Below are positions 39,218 to 51,779 of a stretch of DNA of 64,000 nucleotides, in pieces. Origin of the DNA: Moniliella sp. 'wahieum' (lineage: Eukaryota); assembly GCA_003971905.1 (NCBI GenBank), contig RSEE01000132.1:1-64000 (forward strand), read 5' to 3'. Under the pieces are notes generated by a model. The model was not told the origin of the DNA, ran no database searches, and saw nothing but the letters and a program-made list of their open reading frames with translations. Numbering within the stretch: position 1 is the stretch's first letter; each line of letters starts with the position of its first letter. Both the position numbers and the translations under genes were made by a program.

Positions 39218-39367
39218 TCCCCCTTCCGAATCCTCTCCGTCCTACCTCCAGCTGTTAGATACCTCCCCTCCCCACGCTTTGCGCCTACTGCGCCACTGTG
39301 TCTCTTCGTACTGCATGCACAGAACCACATCCGCTAAAACATTTTTTCTGTTCTCGCCTTGTAAGTC

Positions 39368-40344
39368 CTAGTCCTTGGGCTGCAAGTCAAACAGGACAAA
39401 TTCCACGTTTTCCTTGCCAACCGAGGCCAATTCGATCCGCTCGCCCACTCGGGCGCCGGCGATGTATGCGCCATCACCCTCTGCGAGGGTGGTTGTGCCC
39501 TTGGCTGTGGTCACCGACAAGATGCCCGGAGTGGAGGGAGTAGCATCTGCACTTCCCGCAGAGTCCGGCTTGCTGTACCCACTGCTCATGGCTACGTGGA
39601 GGTAAAGCCAGCGCTCGGAGCCCGTGCGGCAGCCACGTCAGTATCGGTGCCAATGACATGGGAAACGTTGTGGCCCGGCTCGAGCACCGAGACACGGGTG
39701 ACGAGGAGTTGTGTGCTGGGATGGCGCGACCCGGGGGCAAGAGCCCGTGGCAGCCTGTTCTTCTGGTGTGAAGGTCGACCAAGGCTTGATGAGGGTCTGG
39801 AGTTTGTTGCGCTTATCGTTTTCAGTGCTGTTGTAGGTATAGCGCGGCGGCAGCCGCGTTCGTCGGGAATGTACCAGATCTGCAAAAAGTGGCACTCGGT
39901 TTCGGGTATTGTGTTGTACTCGCTGTGCACGATGCCGGTGCCTGCCGAGGTGAACTGCACTTGGCCCCGTCGCAGCGTCTCGACATTTCCCATCGAGTCA
40001 CGGTGGGTCAACTCGCCCCCGACAACATAGGAGAACTGGAGCAAGGTGTAGGTCAGGAAAAGAGCTGCAGACGAGGGAAAGGGCTGAGGCCATACAATCT
40101 CAAAGTTCTTGTGGGGGTGCGGGGGGAAGCCCTGGGTGGGGGCGACCCTATCTTCGTTGATGACGCGCAAGTCGGAGAAGCCTGGGAAACGGTGATCCCA
40201 ATAGGAGGCGAAAGAAAAGGTGTGGTAGGACTTGAGCCAGCCAAGGTCCGCGTGGCCACGCTCGCTGGACCGGGCGGGAGGACAGTGGTGAGCTTGGCGA
40301 GCTCGGCGGGGGGGCGGCGGAGAGGGCGCGGCGGACGAAGACAT
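39368..40344 (-). CDS. Pirin-like cupin (YhhW/quercetinase type), copy 1; intron ~40037-40094
   Basis: [22 protein letters not shown]...[62 protein letters not shown]. Confidence 0.9.
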
Positions 40345-40770
40345 GGCGCGCAGGGGCAGGACGGGCGGGGAGGTTGGTGGGGCCCGCAGGCAGCGGATGG
40401 CGGAGGAGCGTGCGGGGCGCAGCGGGGAGGAGGCGGAGCATGGGAGGCGATGGAGGGGGGGAAGAGGCCGGACGCGCCGGGCTGTCTATCTATTTTCGCG
40501 TAGCAGCTAAACGGGCGCCAATTAGCCAACCTGCGTCCGTCGGCGACTACCCATCACTTGCAATTCAGCTGCGGCCCCGCACCCCACACTGCCCGTCTGC
40601 CTCCCCCGCGACGATGGCCCGTGTTTGACCTGTCTGAGCTGTGCGGGGCCGCAGCAGACCGGAGAGGACTGGGAGGAATGGTAATCGACTAGCAATACAA
40701 TACACCTTGAAGCCCGACCGCCCTTCCTCCGTCCCCACCGCCACCACCAACCGCCCCGGCTCCCACGCAC

Positions 40771-41740
40771 ATGTCGCTCCCTCTGGCTGCCAACGCCAAC
40801 GTCGTCAAGCGCCGCTGGTGTGACCGCGGCCACGCCGACCACGACTGGCTCCGCTCCTTCCACACTTTCAGCTTTGCCGACTACTATGACCCCCGCTTCA
40901 TGGGCTACAGCAACCTGCGCGTCATCAACGAAGACCGTGTTGCACCCGGTACCGGTTCCCTCCCCATCCACACGCTGGCGCGGAGATTGTAAGCGAACCC
41001 CTTCCCTCCTGTTCCCTTTTCTTATTTTTTTTCCCTGACGGAGCCAAAGACTGACTTTGTCAAACTTGTTCCCCACTCAACAGTTCTCCATTGTGCTTGC
41101 AGGCGAGCTGACGCACAAAGACAATATGGGCAACGTCGAAGTCCTCAGCCCAGGGGAGGTGCAATTCACCAGCGCGGGCAAGCCGCCCGGGATCAAGCAT
41201 AGCGAATACAATGCCAACAAACACGACGAATGCCACTTCCTCCAGATTTGGTACACCCCCGATGACCGCAACCTGCCTGCACGTTACTATACTGCCCCCA
41301 AGTCCGACTGGACCGACGAGAGTGACCTCATCAAGCCCTGGTCTACCCTCACCCCGAGGAGCAGGCCCGCACCGGCCTTCTCCGCCCGGCGAAGCCATCC
41401 CGGCCCACTCCTCCTTGGTCACCCGCGCCTGCACCCTCAACCCGGAAGAGAGTGTGAGTCACGTCGTTGGTATAGACACGGATGTCGCTGCGCAAACAGG
41501 AACCGAGCGGTGGCTGTATGTCCACGTGGCACAAGTGTCGGGGTACAAAGACCCAGAGCTTGCGACGTTAAGCTCAAGAAGGAGGGGCACCTTGTCATTC
41601 GCACGGCTACTACTACCTCGAGCTTGAGGAGGCGACGGTGCGTTTATCAAGAATGTCCGGGTTGGGGAAGCAGGTGGAGTTTGAGTCCAAAGGGCCCAAC
41701 GCGGCCACCTTTGTCCTATTTGACCTTGGCCAAGGAGTAA
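40771..41740 (+). CDS. Pirin-like cupin (YhhW/quercetinase type), copy 2; intron ~40989-41083
   Basis: [78 protein letters not shown]. Confidence 0.9.
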
Positions 41741-42211
41741 GTCTGCTCTGCCAGCATTTTGATCCAGGGTGTGTTCATGTCTCTCTAATGCTGTTAACGG
41801 CGACAATCAGGGCGATGCAAAAGAGTCGAATGTACATAGCTAATCGAAAACGCTGGTAACAAGGTTCCGGATAGATATGTGAGGACTACGTACAAAATTC
41901 AAGGTGAGCAAGGCCCACAAGATTGTGCACAAGAAATTTCGATTAGCCATGTAAGAAGTAGAACGAGTGGTACGTGGCACCTCAATAAAAAACCCGCTGT
42001 ACTCGTGCTCATTGCGATGTGCCCCGCAGTCATCATCTTGGCGGCCGAACAAATGAATAACTGAAAGTAGAGCGATAGGGTTATACGCGTTCTTCGTGTG
42101 CCGTTCGTTGTTCGCGTCTCGTGCCAACGACCCGACGCGAGGTGGGGGTTGGGTCGACGTATTGTCCCTTCTCGCCATCGTTAAGAGCTCAGCGGATCAA
42201 CAGCTGCACAG

Positions 42212-43126
42212 ATGGCAGCACCACAACACGTCGTTTTGCTTGGCCCACAGGATGCGCTGGCGCATGCCGCCCACTTCTGGACCCTCCCCCACCCGCGCAG
42301 CAGGGGCGGGGCGTACTTCCTGCCCTCGGAGGGCAAGCTGTACGAGCTCCAGACCCTTCGCAACGACCGCGTACCCCAAAGTCTGTTTCTTGGCCCACCT
42401 CTGCAACAACACCTCGCTGGTCAAGCAGAAAAAGGGGCGGTGCGCAACACTGTAATCAAGGGTACGTCCATGCTCTCCACTCCCGTCCTGGTTCTGGGAA
42501 CACAAACTCACAAGCAGACGCAGATGGTGCCCTCCACCTTTCTCCCCTCTCGACCCTTTCTTCCTCGTTCTGGGACTGATCACGCCGATCTTTGCAGTGG
42601 GTCCCCTTTTCCTTTCTGCTGGCGATCGCATGGCATGCTGACCACCAATGTGTTCAGGACGAACGCTCTTTCATTACGCTCGAAGATCTGTTTGAGCGCG
42701 TTGCGACTCACTTTGCCCCACCCGAGGGAAGATGTTGCCTCCTTTTCGGAATCGTCCTTGGCTCAGGAAGGGTTGGCGCGCACCTGTGATACTCAAGGTA
42801 CGTTTTGCTCCAACGGAAGGAGTAACCATTCCTGCGCGCTCGTACTGACACTTCTCTCAGATCTCGGGGACGGGACGATGGTGTACCACTTGAGCCGGGA
42901 TAAGGCTCTGGCCACGTTGCAAGCCAAGGTCGATCGTCTGGCCACCGCCGAAAAGTTCGCCCAGGCACCCGATACGCTTGGCCGCGCATTTATCGTCTAT
43001 CCGACGGGGAGCATCCAGAGAAGGACCAAACTGCCCGACGATCAGTTGTCCTCTCTACATTGGCTACCTGGCTTACTGATCAGTGGGTCGAAGCTCTGCG
43101 GGAGCACCTTGGGATGGCCTAGCTAG
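42212..43126 (+). CDS. Ribonuclease H2 subunit B-like; probable introns ~42462-42517, 42597-42657 and 42798-42860
   Basis: LPHPRS..AYFL...LYELQ; SLFLG; DGALHLLSPLDPFFLV; FITLEDLF; YHLSRDKALATLQAKVDRL. Confidence 0.7.
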   Translation: MAAPQHVVLLGPQDALAHAAHFWTLPHPRSRGGAYFLPSEGKLYELQTLRNDRVPQSLFLGPPLQQHLAGQAEKGAVRNTVIKGTSMLSTPVLVLGTQTHKQTQMVPSTFLPSRPFLPRSGTDHADLCSGSPFPFCWRSHGMLTTNVFRTNALSLRSKICLSALRLTLPHPREDVASFSESSLAQEGLARTCDTQGTFCSNGRSNHSCALVLTLLSDLGDGTMVYHLSRDKALATLQAKVDRLATAEKFAQAPDTLGRAFIVYPTGSIQRRTKLPDDQLSSLHWLPGLLISGSKLCGSTLGWPS

Positions 43127-43246
43127 TTGACCGGTGACCCCTCCAACGTCCTCCGTTCCGTTTCTGTCTGCCCATTCCCGTCCTCTACGCCAGCGCAGCT
43201 GCATCCGCTAAGCCACGAGCTCAAATTCAATGTACTCGAAGATCGA

Positions 43247-43639
43247 TCAGTGTGTCCGCTCCACCGACCCGCCAAGGGCGCCGACAAAGTTAGCGGAACG
43301 CACCGTTTGCTGCGCTGCACCGCCCATGGCCTGCATTTTTTCCCCGACTTTTTGGTTGACGACAAAAAATTTGGCCACGCAACGGTCAATGCAGTTGCTC
43401 TCGCCAGTGGTCAACTCGCCCTCAGTGTACCGTGGTGAAATGCACTTGGCATGGCAAGAAGAGACGAGCTTGTTGAACGTATCGGTGATCATGTCGAGCT
43501 AGAGAGGCAGGGCAGGGAGGCAGAACCCAATTAGTCCAGGTCCTGGCAGCGGAGTCAACAAACGACGTACCTCGGCCGTGGCCATCTCGAGATGCGGGTT
43601 GGGAGCGGCAGCTCCGCTGCTTCCGCCAAGGCCAAACAT
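43247..43639 (-). CDS. TIM10: Mitochondrial intermembrane chaperone Tim10; intron ~43499-43571
   Basis: [51 protein letters not shown] (twin CX3C). Confidence 0.92.
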
Positions 43640-43731
43640 GGGGCGAGAGGTGGGGAAAAGGTGGTGGGCAGGTCGTGCGAAAAGGGACAGGCTAGCGTCT
43701 CCAGCCGCCACAGCGTCACCCACGTCAAATG

Positions 43732-44505
43732 TCACTCCGCTTCCCGCTTCCCGCTTCCCGATCCTAATAAGAAGAGAGGGCTTGGCTCGGCATTCCGCCC
43801 TGGTTCCGCCCGGGGTAATTGGGACGCTGGGACGCTGGACGAGTACTGACTGAGTACTGCAGTAGTCGAGGCCGATCGGAACCTCTGTTGGAGTGGATCT
43901 GCCGCAGCAAACATCTGGCGCGCGCGCCCCACAGGTGCATGGCACCGTTCGTTGTAATCCTCTGGGCTACGTCTTTGCTCCGCGCCTTGGCGCTCAGTTC
44001 GGGGGACTTCCAGCTTCCTCAAGTCCATATGTGCACGTGTGACGCCCCCCCGAAATGAAGTATTCTCTCGTTTCGTTCCTCCCCGTGACTGGGCCCCTTC
44101 TCGTAGTTGCGCATCAGTACTTTCTGGCAGTCTTGCTCTATCATGCACTTCTTGGTGCACAGACGTGCTGAATACTATGCCCATACGTTGACACAGTCCC
44201 CGAGCTGGGAACGGCCCAGACCCTTGTCGGTAAGGGACTGTTGTACCACATCGATCTTGGTCCTTGGCTGCTTGCTCAAACTGCGGCAGGAACAGCTCCG
44301 GGCACATCAAAAAGCTCTTCCTCCACAGATCGTCCTCCTCGAATTGGTTCAGCTCGATGATCCCGGCCTTTGACTTCGGGAGAGCAATCCCCTTCAGGGA
44401 TGAGCGAGTGTGGATGGGCGGGTTCTCAGCATTCTTCTCTTCGAACTTGAGGATCATGTCGGCGACACAAGAGCAGCAGAGTTGTTGGACGATGGAAGAG
44501 TCCAT
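43732..44505 (-). CDS. Hypothetical protein, no recognised family
   Basis: 257-aa ORF in a lower-GC block, starting at ATG; no motif recognised. Confidence 0.3.
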   Translation of the reverse strand: MDSSIVQQLCCSCVADMILKFEEKNAENPPIHTRSSLKGIALPKSKAGIIELNQFEEDDLWRKSFLMCPELFLPQFEQAAKDQDRCGTTVPYRQGSGPFPARGLCQRMGIVFSTSVHQEVHDRARLPESTDAQLREGAQSRGGTKRENTSFRGGVTRAHMDLRKLEVPRTERQGAEQRRSPEDYNERCHAPVGRARQMFAAADPLQQRFRSASTTAVLSQYSSSVPASQLPRAEPGRNAEPSPLFLLGSGSGKREAE

Positions 44506-46723
44506 AGCGCCCGTCGTGGCGCGTGATAGCGTGATCCACCTGCCTCTCGAGGTTCACTTGGATCTGTACGTTTCTTCATTGAACCCACTGTGAGCACATG
44601 CAGAACAACCTGCTCGTAATCGCCGCGTTCAGGAAATTAGCGTCGCATATACGGCACCACAGGGACATACTAGTAATGAGGGCACGGGCAGCGAGGTGGG
44701 CGTCGAGCGAGCCGGCCTGAGCCCTGGTGCGCGTGCCTGTAGTCGAGTAAGACTGCCCTCTGGTGCCTCCCTCGGGAGACACCTGTACACTTGGGCTCAC
44801 TGCACTGAGAGAGCCACTGGCGCTCATGCTTAGTTAGTCAAGGTGCTTAGGCGCTCAGGGCGAGCCCTCAGGCCGAGGGCGCTCGATCGCACAGACACAA
44901 AGTGGAAGTCAAAAGTGCAACCGTAGTGTTCAACAAACTGCAACAGCTTCAACACTGAACATGCTGAACTGTTGGTGAAGAAGCTTGAGGAATCGTGATC
45001 GAGTGACTAGTTATCCCCGGTGGGTTGAGTTGGCTAGCTGAGAACGTGTTGGGTGGGGAGACAGGAGAAGACAATTATTGTCATCGCAGTCAACATTCGA
45101 CCAAAGGCGAATACAAGTAAAGAACTTTGCACTCACAACAACTCACAGGACGGTGTGGAGGAGATTTGGTATGAACACTTATTAGCTTGAGAATGTACTA
45201 AGTCCGCACTTTGGAACGCTGTGGTGGCAAAATAGGACTGTGTGCCCTCCCGCGCGTCCGAACCAATATAAGAGCTGTGGGCCTGTGAAGCCGTGAACGA
45301 GGCAGTGAAACACCATCGTGCAAACTCGGCTGGTCCCAGTGGATTGGCGGTCCGGCCACCGACCTCGTTGAGCCTTAAACCTTAGCGCATGTGCTTTACG
45401 GCACTCTTCAGTACTTACTTTTCCATCTGCTGCCATGCTATAGGTACTCTCAGTGTCACTCTTCACTCAGATGGTACACTCAGTCGCTATTATTTCGCGA
45501 CGTTATCGCGTTGACGTTCGCGTTGACGTTCACTTTTTAAAACGTTTATTAACGCGTCATCAACGTCAACCTTACTACATAGGTAACGCCAGTTGGCAAG
45601 TACCGAATATCGACCGCCTCCCAGTATCGAACAGAGACGCCGCCGACCCCCCTTGGCCAAAGCAAACCAGGCAAGGCGCACGAAATTGAGATTCTCAGAT
45701 GAGATGGGAGAAGATGAGTACTCGATGAGTATACTCAACTGAGTGATAGTGATGCAAGTGATGATCGATGATCGATCATCGCAGTGTGGGTCCGAGAGGG
45801 CCTGAGCACCTGAGCGCCCGAGTCTTCTCGCCGAGCTCAGCCTGAGCCCTCAGCAGCTGAGATCTAAGAGGCGGCACGAGAAGGTGCTGGGCCGGGGGCA
45901 AACGAGCGTATGAGGTGGGCGGAGGTGGTTAGATGAAATCGGCCAACTTGGGGTTGTCGGCGCCCGTTTCCAAACGCAGGGGAGGGGGGATTATCGATTA
46001 ACGATTTAACGATTAAAACGATTAACGATTAACGATTAGGCGAGCGGCTAAACCTCAGCGTCACGCGTCAGCCCTCCTCTTAGAGTGACAGCTTGGGCTG
46101 AGATTCTGAGGTCTGGATCTGGGACGTGCGCTGCTGGGGCGGGTCGAGCGAGGGCAGGGTACGTTGCCAGATACTAACTAGGTAGAGAGAGATATCTGGT
46201 GTGGTTATGCGTGTTATGGCCTCAGCTGGGCAAGTTTGGATCGGGCCCGCACCAGCAGTGAGTGCCTGGCTGGGGGCAAGACTGCCCCCTGCCTCTGTTG
46301 CGAGGGCGTAACTTCTCGCGTGGCGGCAGTGTGTGGCGCGGCATGACCAGCGCCGCCTGTTCTCCATCTCGGATCTCGCTCAGGCTGAGTATGCAGAACT
46401 CAGAACTCTGACTGGGAACTGGGAACGGGGCAAGAGTCCTGAGGCTCAGGCACTGTCGGTCGATGGTCGATGGTCGATGGTAGATGGTCGATGTCGTTGA
46501 GCGCAACGAGGGGCACGAGATGCAATGCGAGCAAGCAAGCAAGCAGGCTCGATCGCTCCCAGCACCGTGTTGGCTTGAGAGCTTGAGGGCGCTCCAACTG
46601 TATAATAGCTATTGCCGCCAGCGTCCCGATGCGCTTTGGTCACCACAGCTTTTCCAGCTTTCCTTCCCCCTTCTCCCAACTCCCTTTTTTCTCTACTACC
46701 CACTCACACTTCCACCTTCAACC

Positions 46724-47795
46724 ATGGGTCTTCTCGACATTGTTCCCGCTGGCGTCGTGCAGGGCAAGGACGTGTACAAGGTGTTTGACTATGCGCGCGA
46801 GCACCACTTTGCCATTCCCTCTTTCAACGTCACATCGTCCAGCACGGCGGTGGCTGTGATGGAGGCCGCGCGCGACGCCAAGGCGCCCGTGATGGTGCAG
46901 GTGTCCAATGGCGGTGCGGCCTACTGGGCCGGCAAGGGCATCGACAACAAGCAACAGAAAGCTTCGATCGAAGGAGCGATTGCGGCTGCGCACTATGTGC
47001 GCACTATTGCTCCGTTGTATGGCATCCCGGTCATCATGCACTCGGACCACTGTGCCAGGAAACTGCTGCCTTGGTTCGACGGTATGCTCGAGGCTGACAA
47101 GGCGTACTACAAGGACCATGGCTTCCCGCTCTTCTCGTCCCACATGCTCGACTTGTCCGAGGAGTCAAAGGAGGACAACATCCAGATCTGCAAGAAGTAC
47201 CTTAAGCAGATGGCTCCCATGGGGATCTGGCTCGAGATGGAATTCGGTATCACGGGCGGCGAAGAGGATGGCGTGAACAACGAAGGCGCAGCTAACGCTA
47301 GCCTCTTCACCTCCCCGCAAGACATTTGGGACATTTACCGTGAATTCTCCGAGATCACACCCAACTTTCCATCGCCGCTGCGTTTGGTAACTGCCACGGA
47401 TCGTACCAGGTCGGCAGCGTCGTTTCCGCCCCGACATTCTCCGCGACCACCAAGAGTACGTCAAAAGCAGACTGGTTCACCAAGGAGAACCCGGTCTTCC
47501 TTGTCTTCCATGGCGGATCGGGATCGACCAAGCAAGAAATCTACACCGCCGTCAAGAATGGCGTGGTCAAGATGAACGTCGACCTGACACGCAGTTTGCC
47601 TACCTCGAAGGTATCCGCGACTATATCTTCAACAAGAAGGCGTACCTCCAACACCAGGTGGGCAACCCCGAGGGCCCCGATAAGCCCAACAAGAAGTTCT
47701 ACGACCCGCGCGTGTGGGTGCGCGAGGGCGAGAAGACCATGTCCAAGCGTGTCCACGAGGCACTGGAGGACTTGCACACGGTCAACACGCTTTAA
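46724..47795 (+). CDS. FBA1: Fructose-bisphosphate aldolase class II
   Basis: FAIPSFNVTSSST; QVSNGGAA; HSDHCARKLLPWFDGM; SSHMLDLSEE; EFGITGGEEDGV; VFHGGSGS; NKKFYDPRVWVREGE. Confidence 0.96.
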
Positions 47796-48477
47796 ACTCT
47801 TCCACCTTCTTCCTCACCGCACAATCGAAGGAGAGGTAAGGCCTAAGGTTTGATGCTCGGTTCTACGCCATCATGTTTTACGCCCCGTGCGCGTGCGCTG
47901 CCGCGCTTGTTTTCTAATACCACCTTTTCATCTCGTCCCCTTGAATCTTGACTCGGCTATACCGTAGTGTGCTGCTGATAGTCGTGATCTGCATTCGTAC
48001 GTGGTTATTGGTCGCTGGGGTTGGCTCGAGGCAGGGTGGCTTGCTGCGTTTGGTAATTGGATCGGTAGCTGGTTCTCACGCAACTTTCCCTGCAGCTCAT
48101 CTGCATAGCATCCCTTCCGCATTAAGGTTTTTATTAGGTGAGCCGTACGTGCAAGCCCCTGCGCGGCGCAAGGATACGCAACCCAGTTGGCTCGGTCTAT
48201 GCATTGCGTCAAACGGTGAATTAGTAGCGAGGGGGGAGCACAGCGGTTTTGGTACGCGGACAGGACTGCTTTTTTTGAATCGAATGAAAGAGAGGAACAG
48301 AGGAACTGAGGAACAGGGGAACAGAGGAACAGGGGGGAAGGGAGACAGGGGGGGACGTGGTAAAAGATAGTGTCCTGTTCGGGGGGGGGGCAGGGTGAGA
48401 ATGAGAGTAAAAGATGAGAGAGGAAACAGATGACAGCCACGCAAGGCAGAGCTCACGGTGTGAGCAGAGGGTAGGAA

Positions 48478-48610
48478 AGAGAGAGGGAGAGAGGAGAGAG
48501 GAGAGAGGAGAGAGGAGAGAGGAGAGAGAGAGAGAGGAGAGAGGAGAGAGGAGAGAGGAGAGAGAGAGAGAGAGGAGAGAGAGAGAGGAGAGAGGAGAGG
48601 AGAGAAGAAG
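48478..48610. repeat. (GAGAG/GA)n microsatellite
   Basis: About 130 bp purine-only tract. Confidence 0.95.
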
Positions 48611-48629
48611 AGGTGAGCGATTACGCAGG

Positions 48630-50504
48630 TTACGCCACGGTCGTTCGACGCGGCGTTGGGGCCTTGGGCAACCCATTCAACCTAGGTCCGCCGCGTTTGT
48701 CCCCATGTTCCACCGCTTTGGCGTACCAGATTCGTGCGGCGCTCGGGTCCCGCGCGGTCCCAATCCCATTTTCATAAAAGTAGCCTAGCGTACTCGGCCT
48801 TGGCCAGGCCTTGGTCGGCAGCCCGTTGGGCCCAGAGGAAGGCCTCGGTATCACTTTGTGGCAAGACGCCAGGGATGCCAACCAGGTACCACGCCGTCAA
48901 GGCAAAGCAGGCGTCTTTGTGGTTTTGCTGCGCGGCAATGTTGTACATGTGCACACTCAATCCCCCATCCACCATACAGCCCATCTTGCCATACTCGTAA
49001 TTGTACCCAACTTGTACGCGCTCGGCGCGTAGCCCAACTCGGCCGCGCGCGCTAGCAATTCACATGCATGATCGTGGTCCGGAAACACCACTCCCGAAAT
49101 CCCACGGTCGTGAATGAGGGCCAGCTCATGAAGCGCTTGGGCCACTCGGTCGTAGCTACTGCGCGGACAATTTGAGAAACTTGATGCCTTCTTTAGCGTT
49201 TTTGCGTCGCCCCAGCTCGCCATTCAACTCGGCCGTGCCCAATCGATAGAGTGCACCGGGGTGACCTTGTGCACGGCCTTGCGCAGCCACTGGAGCGCTT
49301 TGGAATTGTCCTTGATGCACCCCCACCCTTTCTCGTAGCACGCCCAGCTTTGTACGCCGCATCGCATGCCCATGTTTCGCCGCCAACACGTACTGCGCGT
49401 GCACGCGACATGCCCGCCTTGCCCTCCCGCCCTACCCCGGCAGCCATGCACTCGGCCAGGTAGTACTGCGCACCCACATGGCCACGGTCAGCGATCTTGC
49501 GTAGCATCCCAAAGCTTTCGTGGTACAGTGCCTTGCGTTCCTTGGGGTCCAGCGTCATGTCCTCTCGCACCTGCGCCGCTTCCACCATAAACACCGCAGC
49601 TCATATACCGTTTGTGGGTCGGTGGCCCGACGTGCATTGGCGCGGTACAGTTCAGCGTCTTGCCATGCGACAGCAGCGCCAAGTCCTCCCCCAGATGGAG
49701 ATGGGTATTGTCAAAGCCGGCGGCACTGGACGCAGAGGCCGAGAGGAACGAGGCAGGCCGGTTGGAAGGTTCGATCCAAAGATCGAAGGCGGCGCCGACC
49801 ATGCAGAGCCTTGGTACTGGAGAAACAGGAAGCGAGCCTTCGGAGCTGGTCGCACGCAGTTGGCCCCACCCGGCCGCGTCAGGCGCGAGCGACAGACGCC
49901 CTTGCCGGCGGCCAGCTGACGCGTGCTGAGGCTAGGGGTCAACGGGGCCAAGGGCCGAGAGGAGGACGGCGGCTCGAGCGGGGTGGAGGCGTCCCCGACC
50001 GAGGCGCGCGGGGAGAAGACATGGGTTGCTTGCCGTTGCGAATGGAGCTGTGGGAACTGTTGCGGGGCAGGACCATAAAGTAGGGCTGGGGGGGCACGAC
50101 GGGTTCAGGGTCGGGGGGCAGCTGGGAGGCGTGTCGGGTGGCTGGCGTCGGACGGGGCGGAGCGGGGCGCAGAGTGTTTGGGGCGGAAGGAGGCGAGGCT
50201 GGCGATGCTCATGCGGGTGCTGAAGGAGCGGAGGAGGGAGGAGGCGCGGCGGGAGTGGCGGCGGAGGCGGGCGTGGGGGTGGGGAGGTCCGGGAGCGAGT
50301 CGGGGGAGGAGAGGCTAGGGGGGCATGGGGACGGGGAGGGGGAGGGGGAGGAAGAGGCGGGCGAGGGAGGCCGGCGGCAGAGGCGGAGGAGGCGGGGGTG
50401 GTGGCGGTGCGGGACTCGGAGGCGGTGGTGTGGGCGTGGAGGAGGGGGTGCCGAGCTCGTCGCTGGGGGCGGCGACCAAGCTCGTCGGGGGGGGGAGGGC
50501 GCAT
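48630..50504 (-). CDS. Sel1-repeat protein, chitin synthase activator (Chs4/Skt5)-like; Pro-rich N-terminus, start uncertain
   Basis: LRKIADRGHVGAQYYLAEC; ALYRLGTAELNGELG; ALHELA; AAELGYAPSAYKLG; ACFALTAWYLVG..VLPQSDTEAFLWAQRAADQGLAKAEYA.GYFYENGIG. Confidence 0.85.
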
Positions 50505-51779
50505 GTGGTGGTGGTGGGGGGGGGTGGGCTGGATGCGCAGGGCAGGCAGGTGTGGGTGGGAGCTGCTGCTGTGCTGAGCTGAGTACTTACTGTCCAGGGT
50601 GCTAGTACACGGCCTAGGGTTAAGCGCCGCCCGATTCAGTGCGTCTGAAATCAGCTGCCGCCGCCCAGCGACCGCAGCGCCCGCTCGGCGCCAGCGTCTG
50701 CGCCCGCGGATCAGAGCCGATCAGGTGCTCGGGCGCGCGCGGGGGGCCGCACGGGGGCAGTGCGCTGGGCAATGGCGTCACCAGCGCGGCGGGCTGCCCG
50801 GGGCTGCAGGGGCGCTGCACGGGGCTGCCGCGGCTGCACGTGCGCTCGCGGCACTAGCCCAGTGGGTCGCTGCACGGGGGCAGGGCGCAGCGGGAAGCGA
50901 GAATCGTCGACTGCCCTCACTTGCAGCATGGTTACATGATACAGCCGGCCCATGCCGGGCAGGGCAGGGATCAGCACGGAGCAGCTCCCTCCCCCGCCTG
51001 CTGGCGGCCCTCCCCCCTGTGCCCCCGTGTGGACTGCCTCCCCCCATTGCGATCCGCAGTCCACGGGAGCCTCGAGAGGGATGACAATGACGATGACCAA
51101 ACCGTTAACACACCCACGCCCAGGGCCACTTGGGCCGCACCTGCCCACGTGCTTGCCGCAGTGCCAGCGCAGCCTCAAGCACACCGCACGCCCGCCGCCT
51201 CGGACCGCGTGGCGCCAGTGTCCTTCTGTCGTCATCGTTCAGCTGTCTAGGCGCCCCGCCGGTCACCGCGACCAGTGTGTTTGGGAGCACCACCAGCTGT
51301 GACAGATGTCACAGCCGAATCACGTCCGCGTTCCCATCACATGTCACACCCTATGCGTCCCATGTCACACCACCCATACATCACGTGACGCCTGATGCGC
51401 GACGCAGACGGACGGCAGCCAACCCTAGTCTGGCGCTGCGGCACCCCAAAATAGTTGGTGGCACAGGGGGAGTACAGCCTGCCTCGCCCCGGGCAGTTTC
51501 GCGCAACCCTACCTGCCCCCCCGCTGCGCCCGCGGCCCGCCCGCCGGGCTAAGCAGATCCAGCGAGTTGGCTTGGCTTCGCTCGAACTCCCCAGCCCACC
51601 TCCACCCGCTTCAGCACGGTACGTTGCCTTGGTCCCTCTGCCGCCCCTGCCCCTTGTCCTGGCTGTGCGAGCGCATGTGCTGTCTCGTTGCTGCGCCTTG
51701 CCTCTCCTCCTCCCTTCCCCCCAGGTCGCTCCAGTTTGGACTAACCTCCCCCCCTTGGCTTGTCTTGCTGCCGCGACAG

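Noticed and set aside
29521..39360. Island as a transposon or endogenous virus
   Set aside because: No DDE, RT, tyrosine recombinase or capsid motifs, terminal repeats or target-site duplications were seen.
45992..46040. Telomere-like repeat
   Set aside because: The unit is AACGATT, short and degenerate, not TTAGGG.
50599..51552. Several overlapping GC-rich ORFs
   Set aside because: Composition is typical of spurious ORFs; the region is better explained as the spacer between divergent genes.
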